A stretch of 64,000 nucleotides of DNA, taken from NCBI GenBank assembly GCA_040954595.2, contig CM082591.2, forward strand, positions 10,929,309-10,993,308, given 5' to 3'. Position numbers and translations under genes: made by a program. This stretch comes from Balanoglossus misakiensis (taxonomy: Eukaryota > Animalia > Hemichordata). Within the stretch, counting starts at the first letter, position 1. The number at the start of each line of letters is the position of its first letter. The notes beneath the pieces were generated by a model that made no database searches, had not been told where the DNA came from, and was given only the letters and a program-made list of their open reading frames with translations. This document shows positions 41,657 to 55,234 of the stretch, one piece after another.

Positions 41657-43860
41657 AGTCTAGTGGAAAACTTTCTGATGCGCATAGACCTATCATGTGT
41701 TCTGCGCATCACAACAGAATTTTGTAAACAAACGAGGCTGTGTTTGGAAGCAACCATGGAAACTTTACAACTATCCGTCGATCTACAGAGTCTAGTGGAA
41801 AACTTTCTTATCCTCATAGGGCTATCATGTGTTCTGCGCATCACAACAGAATTTTGTAAACAAACGAGGCTGTGTTTGGAAGCAACAATGGAAACTTTAG
41901 AACTATCCGTCGATCTACAGAGTCTAGTGGAAAACTTTCTTATGCGCATAGACCTATCATGTGTTCTGCGCATCACAACAGAATTTTGTAAACAAACGAG
42001 GCTGTGTTTGGAAGCAACCATGGAAACTTTAGAACTATCCGTCGATCTACAGAGTCTAGTGGAAAACTTTCTTATGCGCATAGGCCTATCATGTGCTCTG
42101 CGCATCACAACTGATTTCCTTAAATAACCGAGGCTGTGTTTGGAAGCATCCATGGAAATTTTAGAACTATCCGTCGATCTACCGAGTCTATCAGAAAACT
42201 TTCTCATGCGCATAGGTCTATCGTGTGTTCTGCACATCACAACAGAGTCTAGTGGAAAACTTTCTTATGCGCATAGGCCTATCTATGTGTTCTGCGCATC
42301 ACAACAGATTTCCTTAAATAAACGAGGCTGTGTTTGGAAGCAACCATGGAAATTTTAGAACTATCCGTCGATCTACAGAGTCTAGTGGAAAACGTTCTTA
42401 TGTGCATAGGTCTATCATGTGTTCTGCGCATCACAACATAATTTTGAAAACAATCGAGGCTGTGTTTGGAAGCAACCATGGAAACTTTAGAACTATCCGT
42501 CGATCTACAGAGTCTATTGGAAAACTTTCTTATGCGCATAGGCCTATCATGTTTTCTGCGCATCACAACAGAATTCGGTAAATAAACGAGGGTGTGTTTG
42601 GAAGCAACCATGGAAACTTTAGAACTATCCGTCGATATACAGAGTCTAGTGGAAAACTTTCTCATGCGCATAGACCTATCATGTGTTCTGCGCATCACAA
42701 CAGAATTTTGTAAACAAACGAGGCTGTGTTTGGAAGCAACCATGGAAACTTTACAACTATCCGTCGATCGACAGAGTCTAGTGGAAAACTTTCTTATCCT
42801 CATAGGGCTATCATGTGTTCTGCGCATCACAACATAATTTTGAAAACAATCGAGGCTGTGTTTGGAAGCAACCATGGAAACTTTAGAACTATCCGTCGAT
42901 CTACAGAGTCTATTGGAAAACTTTCTTATGCGCATAGGCCTATCATGTTTTCTGCGCATCACAACAGAATTCGGTAAATAAACGAGGGTGTGTTTGGAAG
43001 CAACCATGGAAACTTTACAACTATCCGTCGATCGACAGAGTCTAGTGGAAAACTTTCTTATGCGCATAGACCTATCATGTGTTCTGCGCATCACAACAGA
43101 ATTTTGTAAACAAACGAGGCCGTGTTTGGAAGCAACCATGGAAACTTTAGAACTATCCGTCGATCTACAGAGTCTAGAGGAAAACTTTCTTATGTGCATA
43201 GGTATATCATGTGTTCTGCGCATCACAACATAAGTTTGAAAACAATCGAGGCTGTGTTTGGAAGCAACCATGGAAACTTTAGAACTATCCGTCGATCTAC
43301 AGAGTCTATTGGAAAACTTTCTTATGCGCATAGGCCTATCATGTTTTCTGCGCATCACAACAGAATTCGGTAAACAAACGAGGCTGTGTTTGGAAGCAAC
43401 CATGGAAACTTTACAACTATCCGTCGATCGACAGAGTCTAGTGGAAAACTTTCTTATCCTCATAGGGCTATCATGTGTTCTGCGCATCACAACATAATTT
43501 TGAAAACAATCGAGGCTGTGTTTGGAAGCAACCATGGAAACTTTAGAACTATCCGTCGATCTACAGAGTCTATTGGAAAACTTTCTTATGCGCATAGGCC
43601 TATCATGTTTTCTGCGCATCACAACAGAATTCGGTAAATAAACGAGGGTGTGTTTGGAAGCAACCATGGAAACTTTACAACTATCCGTCGATCGACAGAG
43701 TCTAGTGGAAAACTTTCTTATGCGCATAGACCTATCATGTGTTCTGCGCATCACAACAGAATTTTGTAAACAAACGAGGCCGTGTTTGGAAGCAACCATG
43801 GAAACTTTAGAACTATCCGTCGATCTACAGAGTCTAGAGGAAAACTTTCTTATCCTCATA

Positions 43861-44521
43861 TTATTATTAAATTAAATTGTTTAAAATGCGCTACACATAC
43901 GTCTCAGCGCTTTGTACATAGCTAAAAGAGTAGATTAAAAAATACAAGGCTGGTAAAAATAGTTAAAAGGACACAATCGAACACGTTACACATAAAACCG
44001 AGTAAAAAGGTATGTTTTCAAATTACGCTTAAAAATATTGACATTTCTGGCGGTTTTGATATCAAGGGGTAAATTGTTCCATAAAATGGGCGCACAAACT
44101 GAAAAAGCTCTCTGTCTGTAGGTTTTGTTAAATTTACCATGAGGATGAGTTAAAAAGAATTGAACGCTCGAGCGCAGTTCTCGAGCTGGTACATATAAAT
44201 GTAAAAGATCAGTCAAATAGGCAGGTGCCTTACCACTGATACATTTGAATGTGAGCAAGAGAATTTTAAAACTGATGCGGGCCTCTACCGGTAGCCAATG
44301 TAAATCTTTGAGTATGGGTGTGATATGATCGGACTTGCGCGTACGAGTAACTAGCCTCGCCGCAGCATTCTGTAGAGACTGAAGTCGAGCTAGATGTCCC
44401 TTCGGGATACCAAATAAAAGACTATTACAGTAATCTAAATGAGACGTTACAAATGCATGAACTTGTTTCTCAGTTGTAGTTCTGTCAAGAAGATTACGAA
44501 TTTTAGCTATTCTATGCAAAG
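43861..44521 (-). mobile_element. 5'-truncated LINE (L2/CR1 group) fragment, copy 1: ORF2 C-terminus, 3'UTR and (TAA)n tail
   Basis: The minus-strand 177-aa frame 43986-44519 carries motifs typical of the post-RT region of L2-type ORF2 (LDYCNSLL, LQNAAARLV, HITPILKDLHWLPV, RISFKILLL, APAYL, RAFSVCAPILWNNLP, FKRNLKTYLF). A ~125-bp 3'UTR ends in TAATAATAA. CATA is duplicated at 43857-43860 and 44522-44525. Confidence 0.93.
43884..43913 (-). other. LINE 3'UTR stem-loop just upstream of the (TAA)n tail (present in all seven copies)
   Basis: The minus strand reads AAAGCGCT-GAGACGTATGTGT-AGCGCATTT, giving a GCGCT/AGCGC stem. This resembles the 3'-tail stem-loop plus short-repeat architecture that L2-clade LINEs use for RT recognition. 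Confidence 0.6.
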
Positions 44522-45449
44522 CATAGGCCTATCATGTGTTCTGCGCATCACAACAGAATTTTGTAAACAAACGAGGCTGTGTTTGGAAGCAACCATGGAA
44601 ACTTTAGAACTATCCGTCGATCTACAGAGTCTAGTGGACAATTTTCTTATGCGCATAGACCTATCATGTGTTCTGCGCATCACAACAGAATTTTGTAAAC
44701 AAACGAGGCCGTGTTTGGAAGCAACCATGGAAACTTTAGAACTATCCGTCGATCTACAGAGTCTAGAGGAAAACTTTCTTATGTGCATAGGTATATCATG
44801 TGTTCTGCGCATCACAACATAAGTTTGAAAACAATCGAGGCTGTGTTTGGAAGCAACCATGGAAACTTTAGAACTATCCGTCGATCTACAGAGTCTATTG
44901 GAAAACTTTCTTATGCGCATAGGCCTATCATGTTTTCTGCGCATCACAACAGAATTCGGTAAACAAACGAGGCTGTGTTTGGAAGCAACCATGGAAACTT
45001 TACAACTATCCGTCGATCGACAGAGTCTAGTGGAAAACTTTCTTATCCTCATAGGGCTATCATGTGTTCTGCGCATCACAACATAATTTTGAAAACAATC
45101 GAGGCTGTGTTTGGAAGCAACCATGGAAACTTTAGAACTATCCGTCGATCTACAGAGTCTATTGGAAAACTTTCTTATGCGCATAGGCCTATCATGTTTT
45201 CTGCGCATCACAACAGAATTCGGTAAATAAACGAGGGTGTGTTTGGAAGCAACCATGGAAACTTTACAACTATCCGTCGATCGACAGAGTCTAGTGGAAA
45301 ACTTTCTTATGCGCATAGACCTATCATGTGTTCTGCGCATCACAACAGAATTTTGTAAACAAACGAGGCCGTGTTTGGAAGCAACCATGGAAACTTTAGA
45401 ACTATCCGTCGATCTACAGAGTCTAGAGGAAAACTTTCTTATCCTCATA

Positions 45450-46110
45450 TTATTATTAAATTAAATTGTTTAAAATGCGCTACACATACGTCTCAGCGCT
45501 TTGTACATAGCTAAAAGAGTAGATTAAAAAATACAAGGCTGGTAAAAATAGTTAAAAGGACACAATCGAACACGTTACACATAAAACCGAGTAAAAAGGT
45601 ATGTTTTCAAATTACGCTTAAAAATATTGACATTTCTGGCGGTTTTGATATCAAGGGGTAAATTGTTCCATAAAATGGGCGCACAAACTGAAAAAGCTCT
45701 CTGTCTGTAGGTTTTGTTAAATTTACCATGAGGATGAGTTAAAAAGAATTGAACGCTCGAGCGCAGTTCTCGAGCTGGTACATATAAATGTAAAAGATCA
45801 GTCAAATAGGCAGGTGCCTTACCACTGATACATTTGAATGTGAGCAAGAGAATTTTAAAACTGATGCGGGCCTCTACCGGTAGCCAATGTAAATCTTTGA
45901 GTATGGGTGTGATATGATCGGACTTGCGCGTACGAGTAACTAGCCTCGCCGCAGCATTCTGTAGAGACTGAAGTCGAGCTAGATGTCCCTTCGGGATACC
46001 AAATAAAAGACTATTACAGTAATCTAAATGAGACGTTACAAATGCATGAACTTGTTTCTCAGTTGTAGTTCTGTCAAGAAGATTACGAATTTTAGCTATT
46101 CTATGCAAAG
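45450..46110 (-). mobile_element. 5'-truncated L2/CR1-group LINE fragment, copy 2
   Basis: Same 661 bp and junctions as copy 1. Identical 177-aa translation at 45575-46108. Offset is 1589 bp = 665 + 7x132. Confidence 0.93.
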
Positions 46111-47038
46111 CATAGGCCTATCATGTGTTCTGCGCATCACAACAGAATTTTGTAAACAAACGAGGCTGTGTTTGGAAGCAACCATGGAAACTTTAGAACT
46201 ATCCGTCGATCTACAGAGTCTAGTGGACAATTTTCTTATGCGCATAGACCTATCATGTGTTCTGCGCATCACAACAGAATTTTGTAAACAAACGAGGCCG
46301 TGTTTGGAAGCAACCATGGAAACTTTAGAACTATCCGTCGATCTACAGAGTCTAGAGGAAAACTTTCTTATGTGCATAGGTATATCATGTGTTCTGCGCA
46401 TCACAACATAAGTTTGAAAACAATCGAGGCTGTGTTTGGAAGCAACCATGGAAACTTTAGAACTATCCGTCGATCTACAGAGTCTATTGGAAAACTTTCT
46501 TATGCGCATAGGCCTATCATGTTTTCTGCGCATCACAACAGAATTCGGTAAACAAACGAGGCTGTGTTTGGAAGCAACCATGGAAACTTTACAACTATCC
46601 GTCGATCGACAGAGTCTAGTGGAAAACTTTCTTATCCTCATAGGGCTATCATGTGTTCTGCGCATCACAACATAATTTTGAAAACAATCGAGGCTGTGTT
46701 TGGAAGCAACCATGGAAACTTTAGAAGTATCCGTCGATCTACAGAGTCTATTGGAAAACTTTCTTATGCGCATAGGCCTATCATGTTTTCTGCGCATCAC
46801 AACAGAATTCGGTAAATAAACGAGGGTGTGTTTGGAAGCAACCATGGAAACTTTACAACTATCCGTCGATCGACAGAGTCTAGTGGAAAACTTTCTTATG
46901 CGCATAGACCTATCATGTGTTCTGCGCATCACAACAGAATTTTGTAAACAAACGAGGCCGTGTTTGGAAGCAACCATGGAAACTTTAGAACTATCCGTCG
47001 ATCTACAGAGTCTAGAGGAAAACTTTCTTATCCTCATA

Positions 47039-47699
47039 TTATTATTAAATTAAATTGTTTAAAATGCGCTACACATACGTCTCAGCGCTTTGTACATAGC
47101 TAAAAGAGTAGATTAAAAAATACAAGGCTGGTAAAAATAGTTAAAAGGACACAATCGAACACGTTACACATAAAACCGAGTAAAAAGGTATGTTTTCAAA
47201 TTACGCTTAAAAATATTGACATTTCTGGCGGTTTTGATATCAAGGGGTAAATTGTTCCATAAAATGGGCGCACAAACTGAAAAAGCTCTCTGTCTGTAGG
47301 TTTTGTTAAATTTACCATGAGGATGAGTTAAAAAGAATTGAACGCTCGAGCGCAGTTCTCGAGCTGGTACATATAAATGTAAAAGATCAGTCAAATAGGC
47401 AGGTGCCTTACCACTGATACATTTGAATGTGAGCAAGAGAATTTTAAAACTGATGCGGGCCTCTACCGGTAGCCAATGTAAATCTTTGAGTATGGGTGTG
47501 ATATGATCGGACTTGCGCGTACGAGTAACTAGCCTCGCCGCAGCATTCTGTAGAGACTGAAGTCGAGCTAGATGTCCCTTCGGGATACCAAATAAAAGAC
47601 TATTACAGTAATCTAAATGAGACGTTACAAATGCATGAACTTGTTTCTCAGTTGTAGTTCTGTCAAGAAGATTACGAATTTTAGCTATTCTATGCAAAG
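47039..47699 (-). mobile_element. 5'-truncated L2/CR1-group LINE fragment, copy 3
   Basis: Identical translation at 47164-47697 and same junctions. Offset from copy 2 is 1589 bp. Confidence 0.93.
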
Positions 47700-48231
47700 C
47701 ATAGGCCTATCATGTGTTCTGCGCATCACAACAGAATTCGGTAAACAAACGAGGCTGTGTTTGGAAGCAACCATGGAAACTTTACAACTATCCGTCGATC
47801 GACAGAGTCTAGTGGAAAACTTTCTTATCCTCATAGGGCTATCATGTGTTCTGCGCATCACAACATAATTTTGAAAACAATCGAGGCTGTGTTTGGAAGC
47901 AACCATGGAAACTTTAGAACTATCCGTCGATCTACAGAGTCTATTGGAAAACTTTCTTATGCGCATAGGCCTATCATGTTTTCTGCGCATCACAACAGAA
48001 TTCGGTAAATAAACGAGGGTGTGTTTGGAAGCAACCATGGAAACTTTACAACTATCCGTCGATCGACAGAGTCTAGTGGAAAACTTTCTTATGCGCATAG
48101 ACCTATCATGTGTTCTGCGCATCACAACAGAATTTTGTAAACAAACGAGGCCGTGTTTGGAAGCAACCATGGAAACTTTAGAACTATCCGTCGATCTACA
48201 GAGTCTAGAGGAAAACTTTCTTATCCTCATA

Positions 48232-48892
48232 TTATTATTAAATTAAATTGTTTAAAATGCGCTACACATACGTCTCAGCGCTTTGTACATAGCTAAAAGA
48301 GTAGATTAAAAAATACAAGGCTGGTAAAAATAGTTAAAAGGACACAATCGAACACGTTACACATAAAACCGAGTAAAAAGGTATGTTTTCAAATTACGCT
48401 TAAAAATATTGACATTTCTGGCGGTTTTGATATCAAGGGGTAAATTGTTCCATAAAATGGGCGCACAAACTGAAAAAGCTCTCTGTCTGTAGGTTTTGTT
48501 AAATTTACCATGAGGATGAGTTAAAAAGAATTGAACGCTCGAGCGCAGTTCTCGAGCTGGTACATATAAATGTAAAAGATCAGTCAAATAGGCAGGTGCC
48601 TTACCACTGATACATTTGAATGTGAGCAAGAGAATTTTAAAACTGATGCGGGCCTCTACCGGTAGCCAATGTAAATCTTTGAGTATGGGTGTGATATGAT
48701 CGGACTTGCGCGTACGAGTAACTAGCCTCGCCGCAGCATTCTGTAGAGACTGAAGTCGAGCTAGATGTCCCTTCGGGATACCAAATAAAAGACTATTACA
48801 GTAATCTAAATGAGACGTTACAAATGCATGAACTTGTTTCTCAGTTGTAGTTCTGTCAAGAAGATTACGAATTTTAGCTATTCTATGCAAAG
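48232..48892 (-). mobile_element. 5'-truncated L2/CR1-group LINE fragment, copy 4
   Basis: Identical translation at 48357-48890 and same junctions. Offset is 1193 bp = 665 + 4x132. Confidence 0.93.
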
Positions 48893-49688
48893 CATAGGCC
48901 TATCATGTGTTCTGCGCATCACAACAGAATTTTGTAAACAAACGAGGCTGTGTTTGGAAGCAACCATGGAAACTTTAGAACTATCCGTCGATCTACAGAG
49001 TCTAGTGGACAATTTTCTTATGCGCATAGACCTATCATGTGTTCTGCGCATCACAACAGAATTTTGTAAACAAACGAGGCCGTGTTTGGAAGCAACCATG
49101 GAAACTTTAGAACTATCCGTCGATCTACAGAGTCTAGAGGAAAACTTTCTTATGTGCATAGGTATATCATGTGTTCTGCGCATCACAACATAAGTTTGAA
49201 AACAATCGAGGCTGTGTTTGGAAGCAACCATGGAAACTTTAGAACTATCCGTCGATCTACAGAGTCTATTGGAAAACTTTCTTATGCGCATAGGCCTATC
49301 ATGTTTTCTGCGCATCACAACAGAATTCGGTAAACAAACGAGGCTGTGTTTGGAAGCAACCATGGAAACTTTACAACTATCCGTCGATCGACAGAGTCTA
49401 GTGGAAAACTTTCTTATCCTCATAGGGCTATCATGTGTTCTGCGCATCACAACATAATTTTGAAAACAATCGAGGCTGTGTTTGGAAGCAACCATGGAAA
49501 CTTTAGAACTATCCGTCGATCTACAGAGTCTATTGGAAAACTTTCTTATGCGCATAGGCCTATCATGTTTTCTGCGCATCACAACAGAATTCGGTAAATA
49601 AACGAGGGTGTGTTTGGAAGCAACCATGGAAACTTTAGAACTATCCGTCGATCTACAGAGTCTAGAGGAAAACTTTCTTATCCTCATA

Positions 49689-50349
49689 TTATTATTAAAT
49701 TAAATTGTTTAAAATGCGCTACACATACGTCTCAGCGCTTTGTACATAGCTAAAAGAGTAGATTAAAAAATACAAGGCTGGTAAAAATAGTTAAAAGGAC
49801 ACAATCGAACACGTTACACATAAAACCGAGTAAAAAGGTATGTTTTCAAATTACGCTTAAAAATATTGACATTTCTGGCGGTTTTGATATCAAGGGGTAA
49901 ATTGTTCCATAAAATGGGCGCACAAACTGAAAAAGCTCTCTGTCTGTAGGTTTTGTTAAATTTACCATGAGGATGAGTTAAAAAGAATTGAACGCTCGAG
50001 CGCAGTTCTCGAGCTGGTACATATAAATGTAAAAGATCAGTCAAATAGGCAGGTGCCTTACCACTGATACATTTGAATGTGAGCAAGAGAATTTTAAAAC
50101 TGATGCGGGCCTCTACCGGTAGCCAATGTAAATCTTTGAGTATGGGTGTGATATGATCGGACTTGCGCGTACGAGTAACTAGCCTCGCCGCAGCATTCTG
50201 TAGAGACTGAAGTCGAGCTAGATGTCCCTTCGGGATACCAAATAAAAGACTATTACAGTAATCTAAATGAGACGTTACAAATGCATGAACTTGTTTCTCA
50301 GTTGTAGTTCTGTCAAGAAGATTACGAATTTTAGCTATTCTATGCAAAG
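49689..50349 (-). mobile_element. 5'-truncated L2/CR1-group LINE fragment, copy 5
   Basis: Identical translation at 49814-50347 and same junctions. Offset is 1457 bp = 665 + 6x132. Confidence 0.93.
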
Positions 50350-52659
50350 CATAGGCCTATCATGTGTTCTGCGCATCACAACAGAATTTTGTAAACAAAC
50401 GAGGCTGTGTTTGGAAGCAACCATGGAAACTTTAGAACTATCCGTCGATCTACAGAGTCTAGTGGACAATTTTCTTATGCGCATAGACCTATCATGTGTT
50501 CTGCGCATCACAACAGAATTTTGTAAACAAACGAGGCCGTGTTTGGAAGCAACCATGGGAACTTTAGAACTATCCGTCGATCTATAGAGTCCAGTGGAAA
50601 ACTGTCTTATCCTCATAGGGCTATCATGTGTTCTGCGCATCACAACAGAATTTTGTAAACAAACGAGGGTGTGTTTGGAAGCAACCATGGAAACTTTAGA
50701 ACTATCCGTCGATCTACAGAGTCTAGTGGAAAACTTTCTTATGCGCATAGACCTATCATGTGTTCTGCGCATCACAACAGAATTTTGTAAACAAACGAGG
50801 CTGTGTTTGGAAGCAACAATGGAAACTTTAGAACTATCCGTCGATCTACAGAGTCTAGTGGAAAACTTTCTTATGCGCATAGACCTATCATGTGTTCTGC
50901 GCATCACAACAGAATTTTGTAAACAAACGAGGCTGTGTTTGGAAGCAAACATGGAAACTTTAGAACTATCCGTCGATCTACAGAGTCTAGTGGAAAACTT
51001 TCTTATGCGCATAGGCCTATCATGTTTTCTGCGCATCACAACAGAATTTTGTAAACAAACGAGGCTGTGTTTGGAAGCAACCATGGAAACTTTACAACTA
51101 TCCGTCGATCTACAGAGTCTAGTGGAAAATTTTCTTATGCGCATAGACCTATCATGTGTTCTGCGCATCACAACAGAATTTTGTAAACAAACGAGGCTGT
51201 GTTTGGAAGCAACCATGGAAACTTTACAACTATCCGTCGATCTACAGAGTCTAGTGGAAAACTTTCTGATGCGCATAGACCTATCATGTGTTCTGCGCAT
51301 CACAACAGAATTTTGTAAACAAACGAGGCTGTGTTTGGAAGCAACCATGGAAACTTTACAACTATCCGTCGATCTACAGAGTCTAGTGGAAAACTTTCTT
51401 ATCCTCATAGGGCTATCATGTGTTCTGCGCATCACAACAGAATTTTGTAAACAAACGAGGCTGTGTTTGGAAGCAACAATGGAAACTTTAGAACTATCCG
51501 TCGATCTACAGAGTCTAGTGGAAAACTTTCTTATGCGCATAGACCTATCATGTGTTCTGCGCATCACAACAGAATTTTGTAAACAAACGAGGCTGTGTTT
51601 GGAAGCAACCATGGAAACTTTAGAACTATCCGTCGATCTACAGAGTCTAGTGGAAAACTTTCTTATGCGCATAGGCCTATCATGTGCTCTGCGCATCACA
51701 ACTGATTTCCTTAAATAACCGAGGCTGTGTTTGGAAGCATCCATGGAAATTTTAGAACTATCCGTCGATCTACCGAGTCTATCAGAAAACTTTCTCATGC
51801 GCATAGGTCTATCGTGTGTTCTGCACATCACAACAGAGTCTAGTGGAAAACTTTCTTATGCGCATAGGCCTATCTATGTGTTCTGCGCATCACAACAGAT
51901 TTCCTTAAATAAACGAGGCTGTGTTTAGAAGCATCCATGGAAATTTTAGAACTATCCGTCGATCTACAGAGTCTAGTGGAAAACGTTCTTATGTGCATAG
52001 GTCTATCATGTGTTCTGCGCATCACAACATAATTTTGAAAACAATCGAGGCTGTGTTTGGAAGCAACCATGGAAACTTTAGAACTATCCGTCGATCTACA
52101 GAGTCTATTGGAAAACTTTCTTATGCGCATAGGCCTATCATGTTTTCTGCGCATCACAACAGAATTCGGTAAACAAACGAGGCTGTGTTTGGAAGCAACC
52201 ATGGAAACTTTACAACTATCCGTCGATCGACAGAGTCTAGTGGAAAACTTTCTTATCCTCATAGGGCTATCATGTGTTCTGCGCATCACAACATAATTTT
52301 GAAAACAATCGAGGCTGTGTTTGGAAGCAACCATGGAAACTTTAGAACTATCCGTCGATCTACAGAGTCTATTGGAAAACTTTCTTATGCGCATAGGCCT
52401 ATCATGTTTTCTGCGCATCACAACAGAATTCGGTAAATAAACGAGGGTGTGTTTGGAAGCAACCATGGAAACTTTACAACTATCCGTCGATCGACAGAGT
52501 CTAGTGGAAAACTTTCTTATGCGCATAGACCTATCATGTGTTCTGCGCATCACAACAGAATTTTGTAAACAAACGAGGCCGTGTTTGGAAGCAACCATGG
52601 AAACTTTAGAACTATCCGTCGATCTACAGAGTCTAGAGGAAAACTTTCTTATCCTCATA

Positions 52660-53320
52660 TTATTATTAAATTAAATTGTTTAAAATGCGCTACACATACG
52701 TCTCAGCGCTTTGTACATAGCTAAAAGAGTAGATTAAAAAATACAAGGCTGGTAAAAATAGTTAAAAGGACACAATCGAACACGTTACACATAAAACCGA
52801 GTAAAAAGGTATGTTTTCAAATTACGCTTAAAAATATTGACATTTCTGGCGGTTTTGATATCAAGGGGTAAATTGTTCCATAAAATGGGCGCACAAACTG
52901 AAAAAGCTCTCTGTCTGTAGGTTTTGTTAAATTTACCATGAGGATGAGTTAAAAAGAATTGAACGCTCGAGCGCAGTTCTCGAGCTGGTACATATAAATG
53001 TAAAAGATCAGTCAAATAGGCAGGTGCCTTACCACTGATACATTTGAATGTGAGCAAGAGAATTTTAAAACTGATGCGGGCCTCTACCGGTAGCCAATGT
53101 AAATCTTTGAGTATGGGTGTGATATGATCGGACTTGCGCGTACGAGTAACTAGCCTCGCCGCAGCATTCTGTAGAGACTGAAGTCGAGCTAGATGTCCCT
53201 TCGGGATACCAAATAAAAGACTATTACAGTAATCTAAATGAGACGTTACAAATGCATGAACTTGTTTCTCAGTTGTAGTTCTGTCAAGAAGATTACGAAT
53301 TTTAGCTATTCTATGCAAAG
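52660..53320 (-). mobile_element. 5'-truncated L2/CR1-group LINE fragment, copy 6
   Basis: Identical translation at 52785-53318 and same junctions. Offset is 2971 bp = 665 + 18x132 - 70. Confidence 0.93.
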
Positions 53321-55234
53321 CATAGGCCTATCATGTGTTCTGCGCATCACAACAGAATTTTGTAAACAAACGAGGCTGTGTTTGGAAGCAACCATGGAAA
53401 CTTTAGAACTATCCGTCGATCTACAGAGTCTAGTGGACAATTTTCTTATGCGCATAGACCTATCATGTGTTCTGCGCATCACAACAGAATTTTGTAAACA
53501 AACGAGGCCGTGTTTGGAAGCAACCATGGGAACTTTAGAACTATCCGTCGATCTATAGAGTCCAGTGGAAAACTGTCTTATCCTCATAGGGCTATCATGT
53601 GTTCTGCGCATCACAACAGAATTTTGTAAACAAACGAGGGTGTGTTTGGAAGCAACCATGGAAACTTTAGAACTATCCGTCGATCTACAGAGTCTAGTGG
53701 AAAACTTTCTTATGCGCATAGACCTATCATGTGTTCTGCGCATCACAACAGAATTTTGTAAACAAACGAGGCTGTGTTTGGAAGCAACAATGGAAACTTT
53801 AGAACTATCCGTCGATCTACAGAGTCTAGTGGAAAACTTTCTTATGCGCATAGACCTATCATGTGTTCTGCGCATCACAACAGAATTTTGTAAACAAACG
53901 AGGCTGTGTTTGGAAGCAAACATGGAAACTTTAGAACTATCCGTCGATCTACAGAGTCTAGTGGAAAACTTTCTTATGCGCATAGGCCTATCATGTTTTC
54001 TGCGCATCACAACAGAATTCGGTAAATAAACGAGGGTGTGTTTGGAAGCAACCATGGAAACTTTAGAACTATCCGTCGATCGACAGAGTCTAGTGGAAAA
54101 CTTTCTTATGCGCATAGACCTATCATGTGTTCTGCGCATCACAACAGAATTTTGTAAACAAACGAGGCTGTGTTTGGAAGCAACCATGGAAACTTTAGAA
54201 CTATCCGTCGATCTACAGAGTCTAGTGGAAAACTTTCTTATGCGCATAGGCCTATCATGTGCTCTGCGCATCACAACTGATTTCCTTAAATAACCGAGGC
54301 TGTGTTTGGAAGCATCCATGGAAATTTTAGAACTATCCGTCGATCTACCGAGTCTATCAGAAAACTTTCTCATGCGCATAGGTCTATCGTGTGTTCTGCA
54401 CATCACAACAGAGTCTAGTGGAAAACTTTCTTATGCGCATAGGCCTATCTATGTGTTCTGCGCATCACAACAGATTTCCTTAAATAAACGAGGCTGTGTT
54501 TAGAAGCATCCATGGAAATTTTAGAACTATCCGTCGATCTACAGAGTCTAGTGGAAAACGTTCTTATGTGCATAGGTCTATCATGTGTTCTGCGCATCAC
54601 AACATAATTTTGAAAACAATCGAGGCTGTGTTTGGAAGCAACCATGGAAACTTTAGAACTATCCGTCGATCTACAGAGTCTATTGGAAAACTTTCTTATG
54701 CGCATAGGCCTATCATGTTTTCTGCGCATCACAACAGAATTCGGTAAACAAACGAGGCTGTGTTTGGAAGCAACCATGGAAACTTTACAACTATCCGTCG
54801 ATCGACAGAGTCTAGTGGAAAACTTTCTTATCCTCATAGGGCTATCATGTGTTCTGCGCATCACAACATAATTTTGAAAACAATCGAGGCTGTGTTTGGA
54901 AGCAACCATGGAAACTTTAGAACTATCCGTCGATCTACAGAGTCTATTGGAAAACTTTCTTATGCGCATAGGCCTATCATGTTTTCTGCGCATCACAACA
55001 GAATTCGGTAAATAAACGAGGGTGTGTTTGGAAGCAACCATGGAAACTTTACAACTATCCGTCGATCGACAGAGTCTAGTGGAAAACTTTCTTATGCGCA
55101 TAGACCTATCATGTGTTCTGCGCATCACAACAGAATTCTGTAAACAAACGAGGCCGTGTTTGGAAGCAACCATGGAAACTTTAGAACTATCCGTCGATCT
55201 ACAGAGTCTAGAGGAAAACTTTCTTATCCTCATA

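Noticed and set aside
43986-44519. 177-aa ORF as a functional, tandemly amplified gene or an active retrotransposon
   Set aside because: It begins at a TTG next to the truncation junction and lacks the endonuclease and RT catalytic domains. It is not in frame with the upstream satellite ORF, which terminates at ...PMLCIE* inside the fragment.
44439-44822. Chimeric ORFs crossing TE-satellite junctions (MRRYKCMNLF..., and 41578-42240 ending ...WGNPVD)
   Set aside because: These are incidental read-through from antisense LINE or MITE TIR sequence into the open satellite frame, with no independent support.
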